From positions 8,980-72,979 of the forward strand of contig JANRKA010000071.1 in assembly GCA_033875325.1 (NCBI GenBank): a DNA stretch of 64,000 nt. The letters run 5' to 3'. How positions within the stretch are numbered: the first letter of the stretch is position 1; each line of letters starts with the position of its first letter. Made by a program: the position numbers and the translations under genes. The notes under the pieces were generated by a model, which ran no database searches, was not told the origin of the DNA, and was given only the letters and a program-made list of their open reading frames with translations. The stretch comes from Elusimicrobiota bacterium (GTDB lineage Bacteria; Elusimicrobiota; Elusimicrobia; UBA1565; UBA9628). Positions 32,587 to 40,505 of the stretch are shown piece after piece.

Positions 32587-33051
32587 ATGAACATGAATGA
32601 ATGCGTAAGCCGTGAGCGCGAGGCGTTGAAGGAGCGGCGGCGTCTGCTGGTCGAGAAGCTCAAGCCGTTCGGAGTCGTCAGGGTCGAGGTCGATTACGAC
32701 GGCTGCGGGGACTCGGGCGATATCCAGGAAGTCCGCGCCTTGAAGAAGGGCCCCCGCTCCGACAAGGAGCAGCCCGCGAACCTGGACGGGCAGAGCGTCA
32801 CAGTCGAGCGCTTCGAGAGCGTCTACAACACCGAGCGCAAGGACTGGGACCGCAAGCCCTACCAGGCCACGGTGACGCTCAAGGAGGCGTTGAGCGACTT
32901 CGCGCTGGACTTCCTCTCGTTCCTCGGCATCGACTGGTACAACAACGAGGGCGGCTACGGGACCATCGTCCTGGATGTGGCGGGGGACGAGGCCAAGGCC
33001 GAGCACAACTATCGCATCGAGTCCAGCGAGTATTCGGAGCACGCCCTGTGA
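32587..33051 (+). CDS. hypothetical protein (mobile-element-associated)
   Basis: It is 154 aa and acidic, with 'DYDGCGDSGDI'. It overlaps the next gene as ATGA. Confidence 0.4.
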   Translation: MNMNECVSREREALKERRRLLVEKLKPFGVVRVEVDYDGCGDSGDIQEVRALKKGPRSDKEQPANLDGQSVTVERFESVYNTERKDWDRKPYQATVTLKEALSDFALDFLSFLGIDWYNNEGGYGTIVLDVAGDEAKAEHNYRIESSEYSEHAL

Positions 33052-33422
33052 GCCATACCTACCACCATGCCGTGAGCTCGGCTCGACTGTTCGGCGGCAA
33101 GCCCGAGGACTACCAGGCCGTTCATGACTGGTTCGACGAGAGCAAGGCCCACTTGGCCGAAGCCAGGCACCGGGCCAAGCGCCACCACGCGGAAGGCATC
33201 TTCGAGGCCGAGCGCGTGTTCGGCAAGACCATCATCAACAGCAACGGGACGAAGGTGCCCGTGCGCTACATCGGCGAGCAGCACGTCAAGGAGGATTGCG
33301 GCGGCTTCATCCCGTCCGAGGCCGATTGGTGGCGCTGCATCGTGCGCCAGCCGTGGATGAACCGCGGCTACGAGAGCAAGGACGGCTCCAACGCGCGGGC
33401 GGTCCGCGCGTCGGAGCCGTAA
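33048..33422 (+). CDS. hypothetical protein
   Basis: It is 124 aa and translationally coupled to the upstream gene. A hairpin terminator follows it. Confidence 0.4.
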   Translation: MSHTYHHAVSSARLFGGKPEDYQAVHDWFDESKAHLAEARHRAKRHHAEGIFEAERVFGKTIINSNGTKVPVRYIGEQHVKEDCGGFIPSEADWWRCIVRQPWMNRGYESKDGSNARAVRASEP

Positions 33423-33436
33423 CGCAAAAGCGGTTC

Positions 33437-33465
33437 GGGGCCCGTCGGCGAAAACCGACGGGCCC
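33437..33465 (+). terminator. hairpin terminator GGGGCCCGTCGG-CGAAAA-CCGACGGGCCC
   Basis: It is a perfect 11-bp stem. The 3' U-tract is weak (TCTGCTTTG). Confidence 0.55.
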
Positions 33466-33469
33466 TCTG

Positions 33470-33650
33470 CTTTGCGGTGGATATTGCCGCGCCCGTGGAC
33501 GGCGTGGACGAGCAGGTCGCCCACCCCGCCCACCGCCGCTTGGATATCTCTGCCCTGCGGGGCGGATCGGTCCGCGACGCTCCACCCGCGCGAGAGGCCG
33601 CGGGGTCCCCGAGATCTCCACAATCTCCACCGCTCGGCGGCGGAGATTTT
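33470..33650 (+). repeat. partial copy (C) of island repeat family
   Basis: It shares 'GCGGTGGATA..CGTGGACGGCGTGGACGAGC.GGTCGCCCACCCCGCCCACCGCCGCTTGGAT', the palindrome GGCGGATCGGTCCGCG, and the tail 'CTCCACCGCTCGGCGGCGGAGATTT' with copies at 36961, 63775 and 35925. Confidence 0.6.
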
Positions 33651-33699
33651 TTCTTCTTCTCCTTCCACGGCACTTCCCGCTCCGCCGCCTCCCTTCTTC

Positions 33700-33923
33700 G
33701 GTCTGGTCCATTTCGCACCTTCTCTCGGGCCGCAGGAGTGAAGCCCGCCTGCGCTGCGGCATAAACGGTCACCCCTCTCGGCGACTCCCCGGCCGCTCCA
33801 GAGCCTTGCTCGTTCCGCTGGCCGGGTCCCTGCCGGGGGACCCACCATTTATTCCTCGCTTCGACGGACTTCCTCGCGACCCTCCACCCTCCGGGCGGGC
33901 GGAGGTGCGAAATGGCCCAGACC
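33700..33923. repeat. imperfect inverted repeat pair bracketing a 184-bp leader homologous to 31743-31959; right copy includes start codon of gene 33912
   Basis: 33700-33719 is GGTCTGGTCCATTTCGCACC. The reverse complement of 33904-33923 is GGTCTGGGCCATTTCGCACC. Similarity continues into the coding region: the left copy encodes MDQTEEGRRRSGK and the right gene begins MAQTYETRRRSGK. Confidence 0.6.
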
Positions 33924-34298
33924 TACGAGACTCGGCGGCGGAGCGGGAAGCACGAAGGCTCTGACGTGAAAGTCCAGGGACGGAGCCAAGCACCCCGGGA
34001 GAAGCACATGAAAACTGGAAAAGCGTTGGGCTTCAAGAAGGGGGACTTCGTCCACACGGGAGCGTTCCCCGGAATCATCATCAGCGACGTGCAGACGTTC
34101 GCGCCGTGTTGCGAGGTTTGGGGCTTCGAGCACGAGATGGGCTCGGCCTACGCCGAGGACATGACGCTTCTGACCTGGGAGAACTTCCAGGAACTCGCCA
34201 AGCGCTTCGGCTTCGACAGCACCGCCGACTCCAAGACGGCGCAGGAGGCCATCGCCAAGGCGAAGGCGGCGGCTTCGGGGGTTCCCGTAACTGCCTGA
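33912..34298 (+). CDS. hypothetical protein
   Basis: It is 128 aa with no recognised domain. It lies downstream of a conserved leader module. Confidence 0.4.
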   Translation: MAQTYETRRRSGKHEGSDVKVQGRSQAPREKHMKTGKALGFKKGDFVHTGAFPGIIISDVQTFAPCCEVWGFEHEMGSAYAEDMTLLTWENFQELAKRFGFDSTADSKTAQEAIAKAKAAASGVPVTA

Positions 34299-34364
34299 TT
34301 CGACCAGGGGTCCCGAGGGCGACCTCGGGGCCCCGAGCCGGGCCAGGCCCGGGAACTGAAACAC

Positions 34365-35894
34365 ATGGAGAAAACAATGAACGAGACGAAAGAGAAGGAA
34401 GCCATGAAGGTGCCGGAGCGCGCGCTGTTGAGCATCCCGCTCGACAAGGTCGAAATCGTGGAGAACGTCCGCAGGAACTTCGACGCGGCTGAAATGAAGG
34501 AACTCGCGGCGAACATTAAGAAGGTCGGCATCCTGCAGAACATCATCGTCATCCGCAACGGCAAGGGAGCCTACACGCTCTCGGCAGGCGAGCGCCGGGT
34601 GCGGGCCGCGCGGATGGCGGGGCTCGTCGAGATTCCCGCGTCCGTGTACGAGGAAGGCGTGGACCCGAAGATGCTCCAGGTGTTCGAGAACCTCCACCGC
34701 AAGGACGTGGGGCCCGTCGAGGAGGCGCGGGGCTTCAAGCACCTTCTCGACGAGGGCAAGCACACCATCGAGGGCCTGGCGCAGGCCGTGGACAAGTCGG
34801 TGAAGTACGTGACGCGCTCGATTCGGCTCCTCGAACTGCCGAAGGCGGCGGTCAAGGCCGTCGAGGCGGGAACGCTCTCGCCCGAGCACGGCCATCAAAT
34901 CCTCCGCGCCCCGGAGGACAAGCGCGAGACGTTCGTGACGTTCGCGCTGACGCCCAAGTGGGGCGGCGGGAGCGACGTGCTTCCCACCATCCACGACCTC
35001 AAGAACGAAATCGAGCGGCGTTTGGAGAAGGACCTCTCGAAGGCCTGCTTCCCGAAGGACAAGGAGTACGCGGGGGCCATGGCCTGCTCGCTCTGCCCGT
35101 TCAACACGGGCAACCAGGACGTGCTGTTCGAAGGGGCCAAGGACGGCAAGTGCACCGACGGCGGGTGCTTCGCCAAGAAAACGTCCACGTTCCTGCGGGA
35201 GTTCCGCGAGGATGCGGGCAAGAAGCTCGGCGGGGTCAAGTTCGCGGGCTACGCGGGCCAGGACCACGGCATGCCGCGCGAGGTCGGCGAGGGCGTCGTG
35301 CTGAGCGCCTCGGAGGCCAAGAGCGAGGCGGTCAAGGCGCTCCTCAAGAAGGACCCCAAGAAGTTCGGCTTCGCCGTGCTCAAGCCGTCGCGGTTCGGGA
35401 GCAAGTCGCCGAGCGCGGTCCTCGTCTGCAACGACAAGGACTTCGTGACGGCGAAGCTCCGCAAGTCCGAGGAGAAGGCCGAGCGCGGTATGAGCGAGGA
35501 GGAGCGGGCCAAGGCTCACTTCGTCGCGACTCATGAGAGCAAGGCGCTGTTCCTCGCGGCGGCGAAGTCGCTCAAGGCAGTCAAGAAGTCGCACTTGGTG
35601 GACGTGGTCATGGCCTTGAACGGCGAGGAGTTGGCGTTCGAGGCCATCGGCGTCGAGGCCGACGAGGACGCGGCGCGGGCGCTCAAGAAGTTGTCCGAGA
35701 AGGACCTCCTGCGCCTGGCGTGGCTGTGCACGGTCCAGCACTACGAGTTAGACGAGCGCCTCTCGGGCCTCATCGAGGTCAAGAAGGTCCGCAAGGAAGC
35801 GCGGACGTTCGCGCACTCTGAGTGGGAGCGCATCCAGAAGGAGGAGGCCGCGAAGGCCGAGGCTCCGAAGGAGGTTGAGCCCGCCGTGAAGTAG
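34365..35894 (+). CDS. ParB/Sulfiredoxin-like nuclease domain protein (plasmid/ICE type)
   Basis: The N-terminal 'ILQNIIVIRNGKGAYTLSAGERRVRAARMAGL' is the ParB GERR-like motif. The long K/E-rich C-terminus has a Cys cluster 'CSLCPFN…CTDGGC'. Confidence 0.7.
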   Translation: MEKTMNETKEKEAMKVPERALLSIPLDKVEIVENVRRNFDAAEMKELAANIKKVGILQNIIVIRNGKGAYTLSAGERRVRAARMAGLVEIPASVYEEGVDPKMLQVFENLHRKDVGPVEEARGFKHLLDEGKHTIEGLAQAVDKSVKYVTRSIRLLELPKAAVKAVEAGTLSPEHGHQILRAPEDKRETFVTFALTPKWGGGSDVLPTIHDLKNEIERRLEKDLSKACFPKDKEYAGAMACSLCPFNTGNQDVLFEGAKDGKCTDGGCFAKKTSTFLREFREDAGKKLGGVKFAGYAGQDHGMPREVGEGVVLSASEAKSEAVKALLKKDPKKFGFAVLKPSRFGSKSPSAVLVCNDKDFVTAKLRKSEEKAERGMSEEERAKAHFVATHESKALFLAAAKSLKAVKKSHLVDVVMALNGEELAFEAIGVEADEDAARALKKLSEKDLLRLAWLCTVQHYELDERLSGLIEVKKVRKEARTFAHSEWERIQKEEAAKAEAPKEVEPAVK

Positions 35895-35906
35895 GCCTGT
35901 TGACTT

Positions 35907-35932
35907 GGCCCATCCGGGAAACCGGGTGGGCC
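35907..35932 (+). terminator. hairpin terminator GGCCCATCCGGG-AAA-CCGGGTGGGCC
   Basis: It is a stable GC hairpin immediately after the ParB-like stop. Confidence 0.5.
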
Positions 35933-36070
35933 TCTGTGAGCGGGTCGTGCCTGGATGAACGGGGAAAACTTCGATGGCCGGAGTTCGCCCCCTGGCGGGG
36001 CGCGGACCGGTCCGCGAGCGCTCCTCCCTGCCGGATCGGCCGCAGGGACCGCGAACTCCGGTGGAACTAA
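35925..36070 (+). repeat. diverged copy (D) of island repeat family
   Basis: It contains the perfect palindrome CGCGGACCGGTCCGCG at 36001-36016, followed by 'GCTCCTCCCTGCCGG…GGGACCGCGAACTCC'. This is similar to the tail of the copy at 63775. Confidence 0.5.
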
Positions 36071-36479
36071 ACGCGGGGGTCGTTCGTATAGCTTGTGTGG
36101 ATCAGGAGACCCCCGACGCATTCCGGTGGGAGGAATGGGACTGGCGGCCGCTGGCGCGCCTCATCGCCTGGGTCCTCCTCGCCGCCCTTTGGGCGCGCTC
36201 GCGAGACATCGTCTCGCTCGCGCTCATTCAGCGCGTTCTCCGCGAGCTCCTGCTCGGCTGGCTGCTCTCCTTCGGCCTGCTGACTTATGTCCAAGCGCTG
36301 ATCGCCACCGCGGCCTTCCGCCTCGCGCTCGCGCTCGACGACGCCGCTTACGGCCTGTCGGAACGCCTCGTGAGGCTCTTCATGCGCCGCGCGTCGTTCG
36401 CCGCGACTTTCGTCGCGGCGTTCGGCGTCGAGCTCACGTTCGTTCTCGGCGCGCTTTGTCTCGTCGTGGGGGCGCTGCG

Positions 36480-36899
36480 ATGATTACGAGCCTGCGGGTC
36501 GTGCACGCGGGCCGCCGCCCAGGGCCTCTCATCCGTTCGGCCGAGGACGCCTACCGCGTGCTGTGCCCGCTGGCGCGGGGCCTCGACCGCGAGCACTTCT
36601 GGCGGCTCGACCTCGATTCGCGGCGGCGGTTGCTCGGCTGCGAGCTCGTCTCGATGGGAAGTCTCGACGCCTCGATCGTCCATCCGCGCGAAGTGTTCAA
36701 AGGTGCGCTCCTGAACAACGCGCACAGCATCATGGTCGCGCACAATCATCCGTCCCATGACTTGAGGCCTAGCCAGGCGGACCGACGGACCACGAAGCAA
36801 CTCCTGTTCGTCGCGTGCATGCTCCAGGTGGACCTGGTCGACCATCTCATCGTCGGCGACGACAGCTACTTCAGTTTCAAGAAAGCGGGACTTCTCTAG
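36480..36899 (+). CDS. RadC-like JAB/MPN domain protein, second copy
   Basis: It has 'IMVAHNHPSHDLRPSQADRRTTKQL'. The ATG overlaps the stop of an upstream hydrophobic ORF (35974-36483) that may encode a small membrane protein. Confidence 0.7.
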   Translation: MITSLRVVHAGRRPGPLIRSAEDAYRVLCPLARGLDREHFWRLDLDSRRRLLGCELVSMGSLDASIVHPREVFKGALLNNAHSIMVAHNHPSHDLRPSQADRRTTKQLLFVACMLQVDLVDHLIVGDDSYFSFKKAGLL

Positions 36900-36960
36900 A
36901 AAAGAGGAAGCCCAGCGCCGAGAGCGCCGGGCCTCCTGTCGAACGAAGCAGCTCCTGGGG

Positions 36961-37270
36961 GAAAAGCTTCGCTCAAGGCGAGTATAGAGCGCGAAGCGTG
37001 GAGCGCGCAAGACCCAAAAAGATAACCCAGCCCCCCATCCGTAAGAGCCGGGTCATCGTCCTATCGAGGGTTGCCTTACGAGGGGCCCCCGACAGAACGG
37101 AGCATAATCCCGGCGCCCGGATATTTCAAGACCCAAAAGTCCCAGGGCTGCGGTGGATACCGCCGCGTCCGTGGACGGCGTGGACGAGCGGGTCGCCCAC
37201 CCCCGCCCACCGCCGCTTGGATTTCTCCGCGCCTGCGGCGCGCGCGGACCGGTCCGCGTGCGCTCCTCCC
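36961..37270 (+). repeat. full-length copy (A) of ~300-bp island repeat family with internal 110-bp insertion
   Basis: 'GAGTATAGAGCGCGAAGC…GCGGTGGATACCGCCGCGTCCGTGGACGGCGTGGACGAGCGGGTCGCCCACCCCCGCCCACCGCCGCTTGGATTTCTCCGCGCCTGCGGCGCGCGCGGACCGGTCCGCGTGCGCTCCTCCCCGCCG' is ~95% identical to 63775-63950. Confidence 0.75.
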
Positions 37271-37395
37271 CGCCGGCGATCCGAAAACCTGGCCCAACCC
37301 CAGCCTAGCCCTTAGTTTTCGAACGGCTAGCGTGCCGCGAGGCGGCCAGCCCGGCTGCACACTCGAACAAGACTAGTGTCGCTCGTCTCGCGAAT

Positions 37396-37412
37396 ATACC
37401 CACCCCCAGTAT
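37396..37412 (+). promoter_or_regulatory. candidate CsoR/RcnR-type operator ATACCCACCCCCAGTAT
   Basis: It is a G/C-tract flanked by inverted TAC…GTA arms. This resembles RcnR/CsoR operators (TACT-G6-N-AGTA type). It lies 15 bp upstream of the regulator's ATG. Confidence 0.55.
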
Positions 37413-37426
37413 GCTATGCTAGGGAC

Positions 37427-37678
37427 ATGTCTCACGGGACAACCAAGAAGCGCGGACTCCTCAACCGCGTCAATAGAATCCGCGGGCAGGTCGAGGCGAT
37501 CGGCCGCGGCCTCGAAGACGAGCGTGACTGCTCGAGCCTTCTGCAGACCATCGCTGCGTGTCGAGGCGCCATCGATGGCCTCATGGCGGAGGTGATCGAG
37601 GATCACATCAAATCCCATCTCACCGAGCCCCGCGCGACCCGAACGCTGCTCGCCGTCGTCCGTTCATATTTGAAGTAA
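37427..37678 (+). CDS. CsoR/RcnR/FrmR-family metal-sensing transcriptional repressor
   Basis: 'LNRVNRIRGQVEAIGRGLEDERDCSSLLQTIAACRGAIDGLMAEVIEDHIKSH' gives the C-H-C ligand pattern of DUF156. Confidence 0.75.
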   Translation: MSHGTTKKRGLLNRVNRIRGQVEAIGRGLEDERDCSSLLQTIAACRGAIDGLMAEVIEDHIKSHLTEPRATRTLLAVVRSYLK

Positions 37679-37696
37679 AGACAAGAAGAGGACATT

Positions 37697-37963
37697 ATGG
37701 ACCCGAAGATCGTGATGACCGCATTCTCGATGCTGTTCCTCGCCGAGATGGGGGATAAGACCCAGCTCGCCGTGCTCACTTTGAGCGCATCGAGCGGCAG
37801 GCCCGGGTCGGTGTTCATCGGCGCGGCGGCGGCCTTGATCGCGGTCACGGCGCTCGGGGCCTTTATAGGCGCCGCTACTGGACGGTTCGTTTCGCCCGTG
37901 CTGCTCAACCGGGTCGCGGCGACGTCCTTTATCGCCATAGGCTTATGGATGTGGGCGCGCTGA
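37697..37963 (+). CDS. UPF0016 (GDT1/TMEM165/MneA) half-size cation transporter subunit
   Basis: It has the signature 'E-x-G-D-K-T-Q' (EMGDKTQL) in TM1 and 3 TM helices. Confidence 0.7.
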   Translation: MDPKIVMTAFSMLFLAEMGDKTQLAVLTLSASSGRPGSVFIGAAAALIAVTALGAFIGAATGRFVSPVLLNRVAATSFIAIGLWMWAR

Positions 37964-37964
37964 T

Positions 37965-38918
37965 ATGCACAACGAATCAATAGAGCGTTGGACCCATGAC
38001 CACGTCTTCGGCCAAGATCGCCCGCGGTCGGGAGAAAGCCGGACGCAACTCGTGATCGTCATCACGGCGGTCATGATGGCGCTTGAGATCGGAGCCGGAA
38101 TCGCCTACGGCTCGATGGCGCTGCTGGCGGACGGGCTCCACATGGCCTCGCACGCTTCCGCGCTTGCCATCTCAGCGTTGGCCTATTACTACACCAGGCG
38201 GCACGCCCATGACGCGCGCTTCAACTTCGGCACAGGCAAGATCAACTCGCTGGCCGCCTTCGCGAGCGCGACGCTGCTCGCGGCATTCTCCGTGATCATG
38301 ACCTGGCAGAGCGCGGCGCGGCTCCTCGCTCCGGTCAAGATCGAGTTCAACCAGGCGATCCTCGTCGCCACCCTGGGATTGGCGGTCAACGGCGTCTGCC
38401 TGCTCATCCTCAAAAACCGCGGGCACTCGCACGACGACGAGCACGAGCATGCTCACGACGATCATGGGCACGCCGAGGATAGCGATCACAACCTCTGGTC
38501 CGCCTATTTGCACGTCCTGGCCGACGCCCTCACTTCGGTCTTGGCGATCGCGGCGCTGCTCGCCGGAAAGCGATTCGGCATGACATGGATGGACCCGGCC
38601 ATGGGCATGCTGGGCGCCGCGCTCGTCATCCGCTGGGCCTGGCAGCTTCTGCGCGCATCAAGCCATGTCCTCCTGGATATGCAGGCCCCGGAGACGATGC
38701 GGCGGGCCATCTGCGAGGCGATCGAGCGGCGCGGGAATGCCCGAGTGACGGACCTCCACGTATGGTCCGTGGGTCCTGGAATCTATGCGGCGGAGATCGG
38801 CGTCGTCGCCTCGGAGCCCGCGAGCGCGGACGAATACCGCAAGCTTCTTCCTGAAGCGCTTGGCGTCGTCCATGTCACGGTCGAGGCGCAGCGCTGCGAG
38901 TCGCGCGCCTCGGCATAG
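37965..38918 (+). CDS. czcD: cation diffusion facilitator (CzcD-type) metal efflux transporter
   Basis: It has the CDF TM core ('HMASHASALAIS', 'YLHVLADALTSV'), a His-rich loop 'HSHDDEHEHAHDDHGHAED' and a C-terminal cytoplasmic domain. Confidence 0.85.
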   Translation: MHNESIERWTHDHVFGQDRPRSGESRTQLVIVITAVMMALEIGAGIAYGSMALLADGLHMASHASALAISALAYYYTRRHAHDARFNFGTGKINSLAAFASATLLAAFSVIMTWQSAARLLAPVKIEFNQAILVATLGLAVNGVCLLILKNRGHSHDDEHEHAHDDHGHAEDSDHNLWSAYLHVLADALTSVLAIAALLAGKRFGMTWMDPAMGMLGAALVIRWAWQLLRASSHVLLDMQAPETMRRAICEAIERRGNARVTDLHVWSVGPGIYAAEIGVVASEPASADEYRKLLPEALGVVHVTVEAQRCESRASA

Positions 38919-38927
38919 GCCGATCTC

Positions 38928-40145
38928 GTGGCGGATTCAATCGAAACCACCCCTTCTCGCGCGATCCCGCGCGGCGTCTGGGTGCTGGGCTTCGTGAGCC
39001 TGTTCATGGATGTTTCGTCCGAGATGGTCCACAGCCTGCTGCCCGTGTTCATGGTCTCCGCGCTCGGAGCCGGCGCCTTTGCCGTCGGCCTAGTGGAGGG
39101 CGTCGCCGAGGCCACGGCTCTCATCGTCAAAGTGTTCTCCGGCACGCTCAGTGATTATCTCGGCCGCCGCAAGGAATTGGCCGCCTTCGGCTACGGCCTA
39201 GGGGCGTTGTCCAAACCCCTGTTCGCCCTGGCCGGGACGGTGAACGGCGTCCTTGCCGCCCGCTTCATCGACCGGATTGGAAAAGGGATGCGCGGGGCTC
39301 CCCGAGACGCGCTCGTCGCCGATCTGACGCCGGAGCCGATCCGCGGCGCGGCCTACGGCCTTCGACAATCCTTGGACACGGTCGGAGCCTTCCTCGGGCC
39401 GGTGCTGGCCATGGCGCTCATGCTGCTTTGGGCCGGGGATTTCCGAAAAGTTTTTTGGTTCGCCGTCATTCCCGGCATTCTCTCCGTGACGCTGCTCTTG
39501 TCCGGGGTCCGGGAGCCGGAGGCATCGAAGAAGCCCGGCGAGCCCCGGAGTCCGGTCCACTGGCGGACGCTGAAGCTCTTTGACAAGGCGTATTGGTGGG
39601 TCGTCGCCGTGGGCGCGGTGTTCACGCTCGCACGCTTCAGCGAGGCTTTCTTGATCCTGCGCGCACGCCAGAACGGCCTTTCCGACGCCTTGGCCCCGAC
39701 CGTGCTCGTCTTGATGAACGCGGTCTACGCCTCCACGGCCTATCCCGCCGGAAAGCTCGCGGACCGGATGGACCGCCGCCTTTTGCTCGCAGCCGGACTA
39801 CTCGTCTTGCTGCTCGCGGATCTAGCGCTGGCCCGGGCCGAGGGGTTGACGCTCGTCGCCGTCGGCATCGCCTTGTGGGGCCTGCATATGGGCATCACGC
39901 AAGGCCTGCTCGCGACGATGGTCGCCGCCGCCGCGCCGTCGCACCTGCGCGGGAGCGCCTTCGGCTTCTTCAATCTCGCCGGCGGCTGCGCGATGCTGGC
40001 GGCGAGCATGCTGGCCGGACTTTTGTGGGAACAGTTCGGCGCTCCCTCGACGTTCTATGCCGGAGCCGCGTTCTCGGCCGCCGCGCTGGTCCTCCTCGCC
40101 GCGAAGCCTGCCGACACCATCCCGACCGAACGCCGTTTGTCGTAA
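38928..40145 (+). CDS. MFS transporter
   Basis: It shows 12-TM hydropathy and a motif A-like 'GTLSDYLGRRK'. Confidence 0.7.
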   Translation: MADSIETTPSRAIPRGVWVLGFVSLFMDVSSEMVHSLLPVFMVSALGAGAFAVGLVEGVAEATALIVKVFSGTLSDYLGRRKELAAFGYGLGALSKPLFALAGTVNGVLAARFIDRIGKGMRGAPRDALVADLTPEPIRGAAYGLRQSLDTVGAFLGPVLAMALMLLWAGDFRKVFWFAVIPGILSVTLLLSGVREPEASKKPGEPRSPVHWRTLKLFDKAYWWVVAVGAVFTLARFSEAFLILRARQNGLSDALAPTVLVLMNAVYASTAYPAGKLADRMDRRLLLAAGLLVLLLADLALARAEGLTLVAVGIALWGLHMGITQGLLATMVAAAAPSHLRGSAFGFFNLAGGCAMLAASMLAGLLWEQFGAPSTFYAGAAFSAAALVLLAAKPADTIPTERRLS

Positions 40146-40213
40146 GATCAAAGACGGGCTCGAGACCAGGGCGCTGTCCAGCAGGGCAGCTATAGCGAAA
40201 AACACGATTTTTC

Positions 40214-40279
40214 TTATTGAGATTGATTTTCAATAAGAATTGTGTTAGGCTCTCCCTTATTGAAATGACATTTCAATAA
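40214..40279 (+). promoter_or_regulatory. two AT-rich palindromic operators (TTATTGAGATTGATTTTCAATAA and perfect TTATTGAAATG-A-CATTTCAATAA) upstream of siderophore locus
   Basis: It is an AT-rich island in GC-rich DNA. The second site is a perfect 11+1+11 palindrome immediately before the RBS AAAGGAGG. A Fur/metalloregulator-box-like architecture is possible. Confidence 0.55.
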
Positions 40280-40292
40280 GAAAGGAGGGCCG

Positions 40293-40505
40293 GTGCGCGA
40301 GAAGATAGCTGATGACGGGACCCGGGGCGAGGTCACGCTTTGCGGTTCCTGCGATGACGCGCACGTCCGCTGGGGCCGCCTGACGCTCAGCATTCCCCGA
40401 GAGGAATTCCTCAGGCTCGCGGACATGCTCGCTCGCGCCGCCGCCGATCTCTCGCGTGAGCCCGCCAAGAGGCCCGCGTGGAACGCGGCAGGACCGCTGC
40501 AGTGA
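40293..40505 (+). CDS. small hypothetical protein (70 aa) with Cys pair CGSC
   Basis: It has a strong RBS. It overlaps (GTGA) a possible GTG start of the synthetase. Confidence 0.3.
   Translation: MREKIADDGTRGEVTLCGSCDDAHVRWGRLTLSIPREEFLRLADMLARAAADLSREPAKRPAWNAAGPLQ

Noticed and set aside
28040-37300. Search for an integrase, relaxase, transposase or CRISPR array in the island
   Set aside because: No ORF shows tyrosine or serine recombinase, DDE or relaxase motifs. No regularly spaced short repeats are present. Mobilisation genes are therefore not claimed.
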